Positions 1 through 9,215 are shown, numbered from the stretch's first letter. The stretch: DNA of 32,000 bases from Ignicoccus hospitalis KIN4/I (GCF_000017945.1 NC_009776.1:750001-782000), one strand, 5' to 3'. A program made the numbers and translations. The notes: generated by a model from the letters alone, not told the origin.

Positions 1-4
1 GCTA

Positions 5-2881
5 GTGGCCGCGTGGCCGATTAATTTGACCCTGACTTACGAGAACCCTGAAGCGGCGGCGAACCTTCAGCTGCCCTACCTCAAGGTCTCCTTAAGCGCT
101 GATTACGACCCGATATCCATGTCCTTGAGAAACGTGAGCGTTGCGGTGGACGCGGGGAGCGCCGAGGCGTCGAGGGCCGCTAAGGCGACTATAGTTTCGT
201 ACTTGAACGGGTGCGACCTAGCGCTCAAGGCCCCTCTGCTCGTGGTCTCCGAGTGTCTGTTGAACTCCGTGAAGGACATTATATCGATGTCACTGTTGAA
301 GTTTAGAGTCCTCGACTTGAGGGTCGGGAGCGACCTAACTGGGGTCGCCTACGCGAGCGAGGCCTCGGAAGTCACAGCCGTGGTTGCGGGAAAGGAGCTC
401 AAGGGCTTATCGCTCTACCGCGCAAAGGCCCTCGGGGGCGGACCGGAGGAGCGGGTAAGCGCGGCCCTCTCCGGCGACAAGGCCTACTTGCGCCTCGAAG
501 GGGCCTCCGGGCCCGCGGGGGCGCCCTCGCCTTACGCGCTAGCGCGGTGGCCCGGAGGGGCGGGCGTCATATCCTTGACTTCGGAGCCTTTGGTGGAGCC
601 CGTGATATCGGGTAACACGGTCTTCTTCAAACTGCCCATCGTGAGGTACTTCTTAGGTTTAGAGAAGGAGGGAGGGAGCTACTTCTACTACTTCGTCCCC
701 CCTAGGGACAGGGTGACCCTCCCCGCGGGCAACTTCAGCTTGACCTTGGGCGGCGCCGAGAGGGGGCGGGTCAAGGCCGCTTGCGCCTTGAACGTTGCGG
801 TCCTAGCTAAGGGGACTTACTCAATAGTTCTGAGGTCTCCGTCCTACGACGTTAAGGTAAGGGCCGTCCCCTTCTCATATGTGGCCGTGCCGACCCCTTG
901 TAACGGTTTGGCCGCCCTAAAGGTTAACGACTCCATTGCAATATTGAACCTAACAGAGGTCGCCAATAAGAACGTGGTCGTAGTGCCCGAGCCGGGCGCG
1001 TTGAGGCTGGTGAGGATAAATTCGACCGAGCCCTTCGAGGTGGTAGTAGGCAAGAGGGCGGTCTACTGTGACGCCAAATGTTATGCTCTGCTGCCGCCCC
1101 GCCAAGTGGCCTTACAAGCCGTGTCCGCGCTCAAGGGGACCACGACCTCGCTGATAATACCTCCTAGCGCGGAGGAGGTTGCGCTTTCGTTCCCGCCGGC
1201 GCCCCCCTCCAAGGGTTGCTTGGTCAAGCTGGTCTCCCCCTCGCCGGTTGAGGTAGAGGTCCAAGCGGGCCAAGCGGTCTTCAGCCTGCAAGTCACGAGG
1301 ACCCCGACTACCGTAGTCTTGCCTTGCGGCGAGGAGGTCAAGCTAAAGGTAGGTAGGTACGAGGCCCCGTTGAGGGCCTCCTCCGGCGAGTGGGTCTACT
1401 TGTGCCCCAGCCCCTATGCGCTCTCCGGCGAGAGCATCAAGATAAACACGACTATGAGACCTCCGATAAGCGTGAGCTGTGACGGAGGTCTCACGTGGGC
1501 GCTGGTAAACAACAGCACGTTCACATTCGTCAAGCCGAAGTACGCCTACGTCCTCCTTAAGGCCGTGGACTCGAACGGAAACAGCTTAGAAGTCATTATA
1601 CCAGAAGGTATAAAGGAAGTTAGCTTGAAGCCCGAGGGCGGAGGGAGGCGGACGGTCAAAGTTCCGTTGGGCGACTTGGACACCCCGGTGAAGGTGATCC
1701 TAAGGGGTATCCAGGAGGGACTGGTGACCTTGAGCAACGGGACCGCGAGCTTGAGCTACTACGTCAACGGCACGGCTTACGTGATGATACCCCGTCAGTG
1801 GGCCTCCCAGAAGCTTACCTTCAGCGTGACTACCCCCGAGGGGGCGTTGGCCAACACTACCTTGCCCCCGTTGGCCGCGGGGGAGAAGGTCACTCCGATA
1901 TATGCTATAATAAACAAGACTATGAACGTTAACTACTACAGCTTGAGGGTAGTGGTGGAGAGGGGCGGGGAAGAGGTTACTGTCCCGCTGACAGTCAACG
2001 GGGAGAAGGTTATAGTGAACGGCAGCGCGACGTTCGTCGTGCCCACCGAAGTGGTGACCTTAGAGCTCGACGGCAAGGTGGTGAAGGCCCTCGCCAACGG
2101 AGGGACGCTCGTGCTCAGGCTGCCGCCCCAGACCTCCACGGAGCTGACGGTCCCGGTATCGGTGGAGCTGTACGAGAATTGGAAGCCGGCCGAGGGCCTG
2201 GTGGAGTTCCGCCTGAACAACTTGACGTTGACATACCCCGTGCGGGAGAAGGCGACCGTACTCTTGCCCCCAGACGCCTTAAACGCTACGATGAAGATGC
2301 TGGTGATCGAAAAGGACAGGTCGTGCGAGGTGGCGCTGCCGCCCTTGCTCACAGCGCTCAACAACGAACAAGTGATCTCAAGCATAGCGGCCCAGCCGGG
2401 CGACGGGACGTGTTACGTGTACAAGATAGTTGTATTGGAAAAGAGGGGCTACTTCGAGAGGTTAGCCAACGCGAACGTGACCGTGGACGGGAAGAAATTG
2501 GAGGTCAAGGGTTCCTTGATACTCGTCTACGACAAACCCGCGCTCGAGGTGAAGTTGGGCGGGCAGTCTTTGAGGGCCTCTGCGGGGGGTACGGTGTACT
2601 TGTACGTAAGGCCCGAGGAGCGGGTCGAGAGGAACGCCACCGTGACCGCGCCCTCGGTAGCGTTGAGCTTGGCGAACGTCACGGAGAGGTGGAACCCGGT
2701 GGGCGAGCTCCCGGGGATCCTGAGCTTGAGCGCTGGCATGTTACTGGCCTTGGGAGTGATGAACTCTGTGGAGCCCTCCACTCCGTTATACGCGGCGGCC
2801 TACGCGGTGGCGTCGTTGAGCTTCTTGCTGGGCCTCGTAACAGCTACTATGGTACTCTTGAAGTACTTCTCTACAGGATGA
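5..2881 (+). CDS. Large predicted surface/membrane-anchored protein, possibly 5'-truncated by the window edge; uncharacterised
   Basis: 958-aa open frame from the window edge to TGA at 2879-2881; beta-rich composition; at least 17 N-X-S/T sequons counted by eye; C-terminal hydrophobic segments (ILSLSAGMLLALGVM, YAAAYAVASLSFLLGLVTATMVLL). Confidence 0.85.
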   Translation: MAAWPINLTLTYENPEAAANLQLPYLKVSLSADYDPISMSLRNVSVAVDAGSAEASRAAKATIVSYLNGCDLALKAPLLVVSECLLNSVKDIISMSLLKFRVLDLRVGSDLTGVAYASEASEVTAVVAGKELKGLSLYRAKALGGGPEERVSAALSGDKAYLRLEGASGPAGAPSPYALARWPGGAGVISLTSEPLVEPVISGNTVFFKLPIVRYFLGLEKEGGSYFYYFVPPRDRVTLPAGNFSLTLGGAERGRVKAACALNVAVLAKGTYSIVLRSPSYDVKVRAVPFSYVAVPTPCNGLAALKVNDSIAILNLTEVANKNVVVVPEPGALRLVRINSTEPFEVVVGKRAVYCDAKCYALLPPRQVALQAVSALKGTTTSLIIPPSAEEVALSFPPAPPSKGCLVKLVSPSPVEVEVQAGQAVFSLQVTRTPTTVVLPCGEEVKLKVGRYEAPLRASSGEWVYLCPSPYALSGESIKINTTMRPPISVSCDGGLTWALVNNSTFTFVKPKYAYVLLKAVDSNGNSLEVIIPEGIKEVSLKPEGGGRRTVKVPLGDLDTPVKVILRGIQEGLVTLSNGTASLSYYVNGTAYVMIPRQWASQKLTFSVTTPEGALANTTLPPLAAGEKVTPIYAIINKTMNVNYYSLRVVVERGGEEVTVPLTVNGEKVIVNGSATFVVPTEVVTLELDGKVVKALANGGTLVLRLPPQTSTELTVPVSVELYENWKPAEGLVEFRLNNLTLTYPVREKATVLLPPDALNATMKMLVIEKDRSCEVALPPLLTALNNEQVISSIAAQPGDGTCYVYKIVVLEKRGYFERLANANVTVDGKKLEVKGSLILVYDKPALEVKLGGQSLRASAGGTVYLYVRPEERVERNATVTAPSVALSLANVTERWNPVGELPGILSLSAGMLLALGVMNSVEPSTPLYAAAYAVASLSFLLGLVTATMVLLKYFSTG

Positions 2882-3602
2882 GGCTTACCAAGTTCTGGAA
2901 GCTTTCCTCGTCCATCCTCCTCTTGTACTTCCTCACGGCTTCCAACAGTAAGGTTTTGTTTATTCCGAGCTTCTCCGAAATGAGCGAGGCTGGCGGGGAA
3001 GGCTTCAACAACAGTCCGGACACCAATGACGTCACGTTCGAGGGGCGCCGGGCCTTAGAGGCGCTGCCGTAGTCAATTATCTTGACCTCGTCCCCAACTA
3101 ACACGTGCTTCCAAGGCCTCGTCAGCTCCCCGTGGTCTATTCCCTTCTTGTCGAGCTCTCTGCCGGCGCTCAGCACCTTGAGGACAACTTCCCTTAGCTC
3201 TTCGACGTCCAAGGCGTCGAGGACATTTTCTATGCTGGGGAGGGGCACGTACTCCATTATTATGAAGTCTCTGTCGTAGTCGAACACCTTCGGCGCTATG
3301 GGCCACGCGTACCTCTGGAGCTCCGCCTCCCTAGTCATGTCAACGTTCACGTCGGTCCTCCTCACTTTCAAGGCTACCTTCCTCCCCTTCCACTCGGCTA
3401 GGAACACCACCCCCCTGAAGCCGGCGCCCAGAACCTTGAACCCCATGAGGTCCCTGGGCCCGAAGTTGTAAACCCACTCGACGCCCCTCTCCTCTAAGAC
3501 CTCTCCCAGCTCACACTCCCCCTTGGGAAAGCAGAGGGGCGCCTCTTTGGGACGAACCTTCAAGACCAAGGCGGCCTCCCCGAGACGAACTCCGCCAGCC
3601 AC
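2871..3602 (-). CDS. Atypical archaeal Ser/Thr protein kinase-like protein (COG2112-like, distantly RIO/ABC1-like)
   Basis: G-loop-like GAGFRGVVFLA, VAIK-like VALKVRR, EYV hinge, HGELTRPWKHVLV catalytic-loop position, KIIDYGSAS metal-loop position. Confidence 0.75.
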   Translation of the reverse strand: MAGGVRLGEAALVLKVRPKEAPLCFPKGECELGEVLEERGVEWVYNFGPRDLMGFKVLGAGFRGVVFLAEWKGRKVALKVRRTDVNVDMTREAELQRYAWPIAPKVFDYDRDFIIMEYVPLPSIENVLDALDVEELREVVLKVLSAGRELDKKGIDHGELTRPWKHVLVGDEVKIIDYGSASKARRPSNVTSLVSGLLLKPSPPASLISEKLGINKTLLLEAVRKYKRRMDEESFQNLVSLIL

Positions 3603-4870
3603 CTCTCTTCTGCGAGCTCAACCCTTTCTATTTTACTGTTCTCGAGGATTAAGCTTTTTGCCTTCAACTTCTTCAATATGTCGGCTATTGCGCTCTTAGC
3701 TTCGGTGTACTTCCTCTTCCTCCTCGCGAATAACCTCCCCTCGTCCACCCACCAAGACTCCTTGTCTCGGAGGAACCTCAAAGCGTGGGGGCTCCAAGCC
3801 GGCGGCCCCTTTGCTACCTCCCACTCGGGCAAGGAGTCTTGCAAGAACTCGAGCGCGATCTTCGCTGCGCTCCCGTCGCTCCACAGCGCGAACCTAGTTA
3901 CTTCGAACCCGAGCGACCTCAAGTTCTTTACCAAGGACTTGGCCACTCTCCTCAGCTCCCCCCAGACGGTCTCCGGAGGGGCGCGGAGCGCGGGGACCTC
4001 CACCACGTACGTCGGCAAGACGGGCCTCGCGGGGGCGGGCTTAGGGGGGAAGAAGAACTTCTTCGAGGGCTTGACCGAGTAGAGCTTGGAGGCTATTATG
4101 AAAGTCGAGTAAGCGTTCAAGCTTACGGCCGCCGCGGCGTTGCGCTTGGGGTCCGTGGGGTCCGGCACCACCAACGGGCCTTCGAACCTCTTCAAGGCCT
4201 CTTCCTTAGGCAGCGAGGTCTCGAGCACCGTAGGGGGCCTCCACTCCCGCGCCGCCGCCTCTATGACCCCTCTGAAGCCCTTGTAGTACGTCGCGAGCAC
4301 CTCGCACAAGAAGCCGGAGAACCCTTGAACAGCTATCTCCGCTCCGTAGACTCCTATCCCCTTCATAAAGGCCTTGAGCAGCCTCACCTCGTCCCTTATC
4401 CAGTCCCCCAAGGCCCTCACTTGTTGGAGGAACCACTCCGTGTGGAACGGGGTTCGGTCCACGGCGGTTATTGCCTCGCTGGCGCTCCTTACCTTAAAAG
4501 CTGGCACTATCTCTACCGGGACTCCTTTGATGACCGTCCTCACGTAGGGGTGCTCGGCGAACCTCACCTCGGGCTCGCCCAGCGCTCTGGCCGCTTCCAA
4601 GAGGGCCGGGAAGGCGACCTCCTTTATCCACTCCTTGTCCTTGGGCGGGAACAAAACGAAGACGTCCAGCTCCAAGGAGCCCCTGAGCCAAGTCCCCTTC
4701 CTCGCGCTCCCTTGTAGGGTCACCTCGCCCTCCAAGCCCCTCTTCTTCAAGACGTCCTCGAGGACGCTTTTCGTTTTAACGAACAGCTCGTCCCTCAGCC
4801 TCACCTCCTCTCGCGTAGGCCTAAGCTCCTCGAGGACCTCCCTCTCTACTTCGGAGCGGGAGGGGGTCAA
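3560..4870 (-). CDS. cca: Archaeal class I CCA-adding tRNA nucleotidyltransferase
   Basis: LQGSARKGTWLRGSLELDVFVLFP nucleotidyltransferase signature; length and C-terminal organisation typical of archaeal CCA enzyme. Confidence 0.92.
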   Translation of the reverse strand: MTPSRSEVEREVLEELRPTREEVRLRDELFVKTKSVLEDVLKKRGLEGEVTLQGSARKGTWLRGSLELDVFVLFPPKDKEWIKEVAFPALLEAARALGEPEVRFAEHPYVRTVIKGVPVEIVPAFKVRSASEAITAVDRTPFHTEWFLQQVRALGDWIRDEVRLLKAFMKGIGVYGAEIAVQGFSGFLCEVLATYYKGFRGVIEAAAREWRPPTVLETSLPKEEALKRFEGPLVVPDPTDPKRNAAAAVSLNAYSTFIIASKLYSVKPSKKFFFPPKPAPARPVLPTYVVEVPALRAPPETVWGELRRVAKSLVKNLRSLGFEVTRFALWSDGSAAKIALEFLQDSLPEWEVAKGPPAWSPHALRFLRDKESWWVDEGRLFARRKRKYTEAKSAIADILKKLKAKSLILENSKIERVELAEERWLAEFVSGRPPWS

Positions 4871-5424
4871 GCCAGCTCTACCTCTCTCAACGTCTCGTAA
4901 ATTGGTCCCCTAGGCGTCAAGGTACTCTTCTTCAGCCTTATGCTCTTTACCTCGAGCTCTCCTAGCTCTACGTCCTTCATGTCGTTAATCCACTTCACCA
5001 GAGCTTCCCTACCCCTCCCGCTCCTAACCCTAGCTAAGGTCACGTGGGCGGTAAAGCCTTTGGTCTCGGGCTTAAAGCCCAACCTCCTCAGCTCCCTTTC
5101 TATCCTTTCGAATATCTTCCTCAGCTCCTCATCTCCCTCAACCCCGACCCACACGACCCTCGGCCTCTCGGGGCTGGGGAAGGCCCCAACTCCCCTGAGC
5201 TTGAGCTTGTGCGGCTTAACCTCTCTTACTGCGTCTCTCATTATCTTTTCTATTACATCTATGCTCTCCTCGGGTACGTTGCCCAAGAACCTTATAGTGA
5301 TGTGGAAGTTCTCCTTTTCTACGAGCTTCACGTCAGCTCCCGTGCTCTTTAAGGACTCCGCGAGCCTGGCTAGCTTCTCGCTCAATTCCCCCTCTATGTC
5401 CACCGCTATGAAGGCCCTCAGCAC
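4867..5424 (-). CDS. thpR: RNA 2',3'-cyclic phosphodiesterase / 2'-5' RNA ligase family
   Basis: Two HxT motifs (FHITIRFLG, FTAHVTLARVR) and the N-terminal RAFIAVDI; GTG start at 5424 preceded by a GGGGGAG purine stretch. Confidence 0.93.
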   Translation of the reverse strand: MLRAFIAVDIEGELSEKLARLAESLKSTGADVKLVEKENFHITIRFLGNVPEESIDVIEKIMRDAVREVKPHKLKLRGVGAFPSPERPRVVWVGVEGDEELRKIFERIERELRRLGFKPETKGFTAHVTLARVRSGRGREALVKWINDMKDVELGELEVKSIRLKKSTLTPRGPIYETLREVELA

Positions 5425-5584
5425 GCTTCAGCTCCCCCAGGAGGTCTAGGGCCGAGCGTAAGAGCTGTAGCGCCCTGAAGGCGTTCAGCCTCCCGCTCCA
5501 GTGGGGAGGGGACCTCAGGTAGGCCCCCTCCACCTCTTCCATCGCCTTCAACAACACCTTCTCGATCACTCGTACTCTCTCCAT
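5333..5584 (-). CDS. Possible small helical protein (about 83 aa) between tfs and thpR, overlapping thpR
   Basis: Frame from ATG 5584: MERVRVIEKVLLKAMEEVEGAYLRSPPHWSGRLNAFRALQLLRSALDLLGELKRAE...; G/C-rich third positions like neighbouring genes; fills an otherwise empty 141-nt gap; overlaps thpR by 92 nt. Confidence 0.45.
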   Translation of the reverse strand: MERVRVIEKVLLKAMEEVEGAYLRSPPHWSGRLNAFRALQLLRSALDLLGELKRAEGLHSGGHRGGIEREASQARGVLKEHGS

Positions 5585-5919
5585 ACGTGCCCGCACCTCG
5601 TGCACTTGTAGAACCTCGTGGGCGGCTCGTCTCCGGCCCTCGTCTGTACGAACCAGTAGTACGCCTCGTCGTGGCCGCACTTGGGGCATATGACGTCTCT
5701 GGTCTTCGGGAGGGTCTCAACTTTTATATTGTTGTCAATTACAACTGTCTTCTCCTTTACACTGTGCCTTATCTTCTTTGCAGTCCTTAAGGTGCTCTGC
5801 GCCCCGGTAACCTCCATCTCGTAGCCACACCTCATACATTTCAATATAGTCTTGCCGCCCACCCTCCTGGCCACCATCAGCGAGCCGCACTTAGGGCAGA
5901 ACCTCAACTTCTCGACCAC
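5566..5919 (-). CDS. tfs: Transcription factor S / TFIIS-like zinc ribbon protein (RPA12/RpoM family)
   Basis: N-terminal zinc ribbon FCPKCGSL...MRCGYE and C-terminal TFIIS-type CPKCGHDEAYYWFVQTRAGDEPPTRFYKCTRCGHVWREY. Confidence 0.95.
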   Translation of the reverse strand: MVEKLRFCPKCGSLMVARRVGGKTILKCMRCGYEMEVTGAQSTLRTAKKIRHSVKEKTVVIDNNIKVETLPKTRDVICPKCGHDEAYYWFVQTRAGDEPPTRFYKCTRCGHVWREYE

Positions 5920-6007
5920 CGGCTGCGGAACGACGCTCAGAGGTTTATTGCTTAAACAGCGACGCAGCTTGAATAGCGCTCCGACGCCCTCGTGCGGGGG
6001 CTTGAGC

Positions 6008-7390
6008 GTGAATCAGAAGGATCACATGGACTACGCCGTCGAGCTTGACATAGCCGTCAAGCCCACCACGCCGGTCCCCAACTTGGGCGCGGAGTACGGC
6101 TACTACGTGGGCGCGGGGAACCCGCTGTTCAGCGTCGGCGGAGGGGTCTTGAGGACCGCGCTGAAGCACGTGTTGCACAAGTACCACGCGAGGAAGGGTT
6201 ACTACGTCGTCGAGACTCCTATAATAGCTAGGACTACCCTCTACGAGCTCACGGGTCACTTGAAGTTCTATAAGGAAAACATGTTCTTGTTGAACATAGA
6301 GGGCGACGAATACGCAATAAAGCCTATGAATTGTCCCTTTCACGTCCTCATATTCATGAACTTGTTGCAGAAGTACTCATCTAAGGTAAAACTACCGTTC
6401 AAGATATTCGAGACCGGGACTGTGCACCGCTACGAGATAGCGGGGGCCTTGAGGGGGCTGTTGAGGGTAAGGGCCTTCACCCAAGACGACGCCCACTTGT
6501 TCTCTCCCGAGGAGCACGTCGAGGCATCTCTAATGGAAGTTTTCGAAATGATGAAGGACGTGTACGAGAAACTCTTCTACATACCGGTTACCTCGGAGAC
6601 AGTGAAGCTAAGGCTAAGCCTTTCGGATAAGAGTAAGATAGGCGAGGAGTTCATGGGAGAACCAGAGATGTGGGAGTTCGCCGAAGAGAAGCTGTTCAAA
6701 GTGGCTGAGGAAGTGAAGAGGAAGTACGGAATAGAATTCTTCGCCGAAGAGGGCGAGGCGGCCTTCTACGGCCCCAAGCTCGACGTGGTGGTCTACGAAG
6801 AGGGAGGGAAGGAGTGGCAGATAGGCACTGCGCAGTTCGACTTCAACCTCCCAAAGCGCTTTAAACTACACGAACTGATTAAAGAGACGCACGGCCTTGA
6901 CGCGAACTTGTACATGATTCACAGGGCTCTGTTGGGCTCTCTCGAGAGGTTCTTGGGCATATACTTGGAGATGTTTAAGGGGAGGTTGCCCTTCTCGCTG
7001 GCTCCCTTACAGGTTTTGGTAATCGAGATAACTACGGGTAACGAGGAGGTTGACAAAAAGATAAAGGAGCTCAGCTCGAAAGTTGTGAACTCTTTAAAAG
7101 AAAACGAGATAAGGGTTGCAAGCTTAACTAGCACCAAGACGCACTTGTCGAGGGACGTGAGGAAGGTGGAGTCGACCGTGAAGCCGCCTCTGATCTTGTA
7201 CATAGGCGGGAGGGAGGCCGAGGAGAGCGCGGTGGTCGCCAGGCCCTACGACCACAACAAGAGGAGGAGGGAGCAAATGAAGTTGAAGGCTGACGAGGTC
7301 CTCAAGGTCATAGAGGAGATGGAGAGGGGAGTGGTGGAGCTGGCCGGGGCGCCGGTGAGGGTGCCCGCGGACCCCTCCTACATGGTGTAA
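6008..7390 (+). CDS. thrS: Threonyl-tRNA synthetase, catalytic and anticodon-binding domains without the archaeal N-terminal editing domain
   Basis: Motif 2/3 regions NCPFHVLIF, GTVHRYEIAGALRGLLRVRAFTQDDAHLF, MIHRALLGSLERFLGIYLE; likely GTG start at 6008 (MNQKDHMDYAVELDI); track start at 5852 would overlap divergent tfs. Confidence 0.92.
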   Translation: MNQKDHMDYAVELDIAVKPTTPVPNLGAEYGYYVGAGNPLFSVGGGVLRTALKHVLHKYHARKGYYVVETPIIARTTLYELTGHLKFYKENMFLLNIEGDEYAIKPMNCPFHVLIFMNLLQKYSSKVKLPFKIFETGTVHRYEIAGALRGLLRVRAFTQDDAHLFSPEEHVEASLMEVFEMMKDVYEKLFYIPVTSETVKLRLSLSDKSKIGEEFMGEPEMWEFAEEKLFKVAEEVKRKYGIEFFAEEGEAAFYGPKLDVVVYEEGGKEWQIGTAQFDFNLPKRFKLHELIKETHGLDANLYMIHRALLGSLERFLGIYLEMFKGRLPFSLAPLQVLVIEITTGNEEVDKKIKELSSKVVNSLKENEIRVASLTSTKTHLSRDVRKVESTVKPPLILYIGGREAEESAVVARPYDHNKRRREQMKLKADEVLKVIEEMERGVVELAGAPVRVPADPSYMV

Positions 7391-7432
7391 CTCTTTCTTA
7401 CCTCTCTTCGGAACGCCCCCGGGGCGAATTGG

Positions 7433-8170
7433 TTGAAGCTCACCTTCTTCGACGCCAGAGTATGGAAGTACGTGATCTCCGGGGTTTCTAAAGTAGTCAA
7501 AGAAACTGTAGCCCATGTGAACGAGGAGGGCTTCAGGATAAAAACTATGGACGAGTCTAAAGTGGTGCTAATAGACTTCATGATACCGTCCTCCAGCTTC
7601 GAGGTATTTGAGGTTGAGAGCGACGTCAGCTTCGGTATTAATATGGAGGACTTGGCCAAAGTTATGAGGAGGGCGACGAAGGAGGACAAGTTAAGCATAG
7701 AAGTGGGGGAGAACAGCTATTCTATAATCTTCGAGGGCCACGGCTTGAGGAAGTTCACCCTACCTCAGTTGGAGGTGTACGAGGAAGAGTTGCCCGAGGT
7801 GGACCTCGAGCTCCCCGCTAGGGTCGAGATAACCTCCGACTCTTACAGAGAGCTGGTAAAGGACCTCGAACCCATAGCCGACACAGTGACCTTTAACTTG
7901 GAGCCGGGAACCTTAAGGGTTGAGGCGACCAGCGACTTGGGCTACGCGGAAGTGATAATCTCGGAGGACTCCGGCGTACTCTTGGACTACCAAGTGCCGG
8001 AGAGCGTTAAGTCCTCCTACGGCCTCGAGTACTTGACGTACGTGAGCTCGGTGTCCCAAGTGGCGGACAAGGTCGCGCTGGAGATAGGCAACGACATGCC
8101 CCTCCGCGCAACCTTCGAGATAGGAGAGGGGGGCAAGCTTGTCTACTTACTCGCGCCGCGTGTCGAATAA
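7433..8170 (+). CDS. pcn: DNA polymerase sliding clamp PCNA
   Basis: 245 aa; KLTFFDARVWKYVISGVSKVV..., EEGFRIKTMDESKVVLIDF, C-terminal APRVE; TTG start. Confidence 0.93.
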   Translation: MKLTFFDARVWKYVISGVSKVVKETVAHVNEEGFRIKTMDESKVVLIDFMIPSSSFEVFEVESDVSFGINMEDLAKVMRRATKEDKLSIEVGENSYSIIFEGHGLRKFTLPQLEVYEEELPEVDLELPARVEITSDSYRELVKDLEPIADTVTFNLEPGTLRVEATSDLGYAEVIISEDSGVLLDYQVPESVKSSYGLEYLTYVSSVSQVADKVALEIGNDMPLRATFEIGEGGKLVYLLAPRVE

Positions 8171-9215
8171 GCTGCACTTAATGATACTCGACTATTACAA
8201 GGAAGCTAGGTTTGAGGTGCCGGAGGACTTAAGCCAGAGGGAGGTGGCGGTCCAAACAGTCGACGGCGGGATGGTAAGACACATGAGCGCTTCGGACGTG
8301 GAGGAGCTGAGGTCTATAGTCCTCAAGAAGCGTGGGCTGGACGTTTACGTTTCCACCGCTAGCTACCGGGACCCGGCGGCCCCCAGCATGGAAGCTAAGG
8401 GGTGGCTGAGGGCGGACCTACAGTTCGACATAGACGTGGACCACGCGCCCGGGTGCGGTCCGGCTTACAAGGTCTGCGGAGAAACGGTCGTGCCCTCCTC
8501 GGCGGACTGCGCCGGCGACCCCCTCCCTCTCTTGCCCAAGGAGTGTTTATACTTCGGCTTCGAGCGGGCGACGAAGCTTATCGACGTCCTCGAGAAGTAC
8601 TTCGGGGTAGAGAGGGAAAAGGTGGAGCTACACTTCTCGGGGAACAGAGGTTTCCACGTAGTCGCGCGCGACACCCAGTACGACGCCGCGGACCAAACCT
8701 TAAGGAGGGAGGTAGTAGACTTTATAGTGGGCGACCTCTTAATTAAAGAAAAGTTCTGTCTAAAGGAAAATTGCTTCGTTCCCAAGCCGGACGAGCCCGG
8801 GTGGAGGGGGAGGTTGGGCGAGGCCCTCTCGAAGCTCCTCCCAGAACGCGTTAGGCTCTGGGGGGAGGTGGACGACCCAGAGGCCCTCTTCGAACGCGCC
8901 CTCTCTTCGGCCAAAATAGACGTTGATAAACAAGTAACCGTCGATACGAGTAGGTTGCTAAGGGTTCTGGGAAGCGTCAACCGCAAGTCGGCGTTGGTTG
9001 TAAAGAGAGTAGATAAATTTGTGTGGGACTTCAGCTTAAGCCCGTTTGTGAGTTACGTGACCTTGGTGAGGTCCAGATACAATTTCAAGCTGGACGTCTT
9101 GGGTAAGCACGTATCGATGAAGAAGGGGGAGGTAGGGGAGCTCCCGGGGCCCGCGGGGGCCTACCTGGCGGCCAAGGGGTTGGTTGAAATACTTCGCTTC
9201 GACAGGGCCCCTTAG
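8160..9215 (+). CDS. priS: DNA primase small (catalytic) subunit
   Basis: DLQFDIDVDHAPGC catalytic Asp motif, LHFSGNRGFHVVA; GTG start at 8160 preferred over track start 8139. Confidence 0.93.
   Translation: MSNKLHLMILDYYKEARFEVPEDLSQREVAVQTVDGGMVRHMSASDVEELRSIVLKKRGLDVYVSTASYRDPAAPSMEAKGWLRADLQFDIDVDHAPGCGPAYKVCGETVVPSSADCAGDPLPLLPKECLYFGFERATKLIDVLEKYFGVEREKVELHFSGNRGFHVVARDTQYDAADQTLRREVVDFIVGDLLIKEKFCLKENCFVPKPDEPGWRGRLGEALSKLLPERVRLWGEVDDPEALFERALSSAKIDVDKQVTVDTSRLLRVLGSVNRKSALVVKRVDKFVWDFSLSPFVSYVTLVRSRYNFKLDVLGKHVSMKKGEVGELPGPAGAYLAAKGLVEILRFDRAP

Noticed and set aside
1936-2385. 149-aa minus-strand Ser/Thr-rich ORF
   Set aside because: Composition is the expected reverse-complement shadow of the beta-rich surface protein.
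2179-3072. 297-aa plus-strand ORF overlapping the surface gene and kinase gene
   Set aside because: Low-complexity Gly/Arg/Glu composition typical of an alternate frame in GC-rich coding DNA. The C-terminal part from ATG 2879 (MRLTKFWKLSSSILLLYFLTASN...) looks signal-like but is antisense to the kinase coding region.
3785-4717. 310-aa plus-strand ORF antisense to cca
   Set aside because: Shadow frame of a well-supported cca gene; Pro/Arg/Gly/Leu-rich with no recognisable motifs.
7412-7425. GC palindrome cgcccccggggcg upstream of pcna
   Set aside because: Only a 5-bp stem with a 3-nt loop in a GC-rich intergenic gap; too weak to claim a regulatory or terminator role.
7124-7516. 130-aa and other antisense ORFs over thrS/pcna/priS (e.g. 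8465-8986, 8402-8746)
   Set aside because: Fully inside confident CDSs on the opposite or alternate frame, with biased shadow composition.
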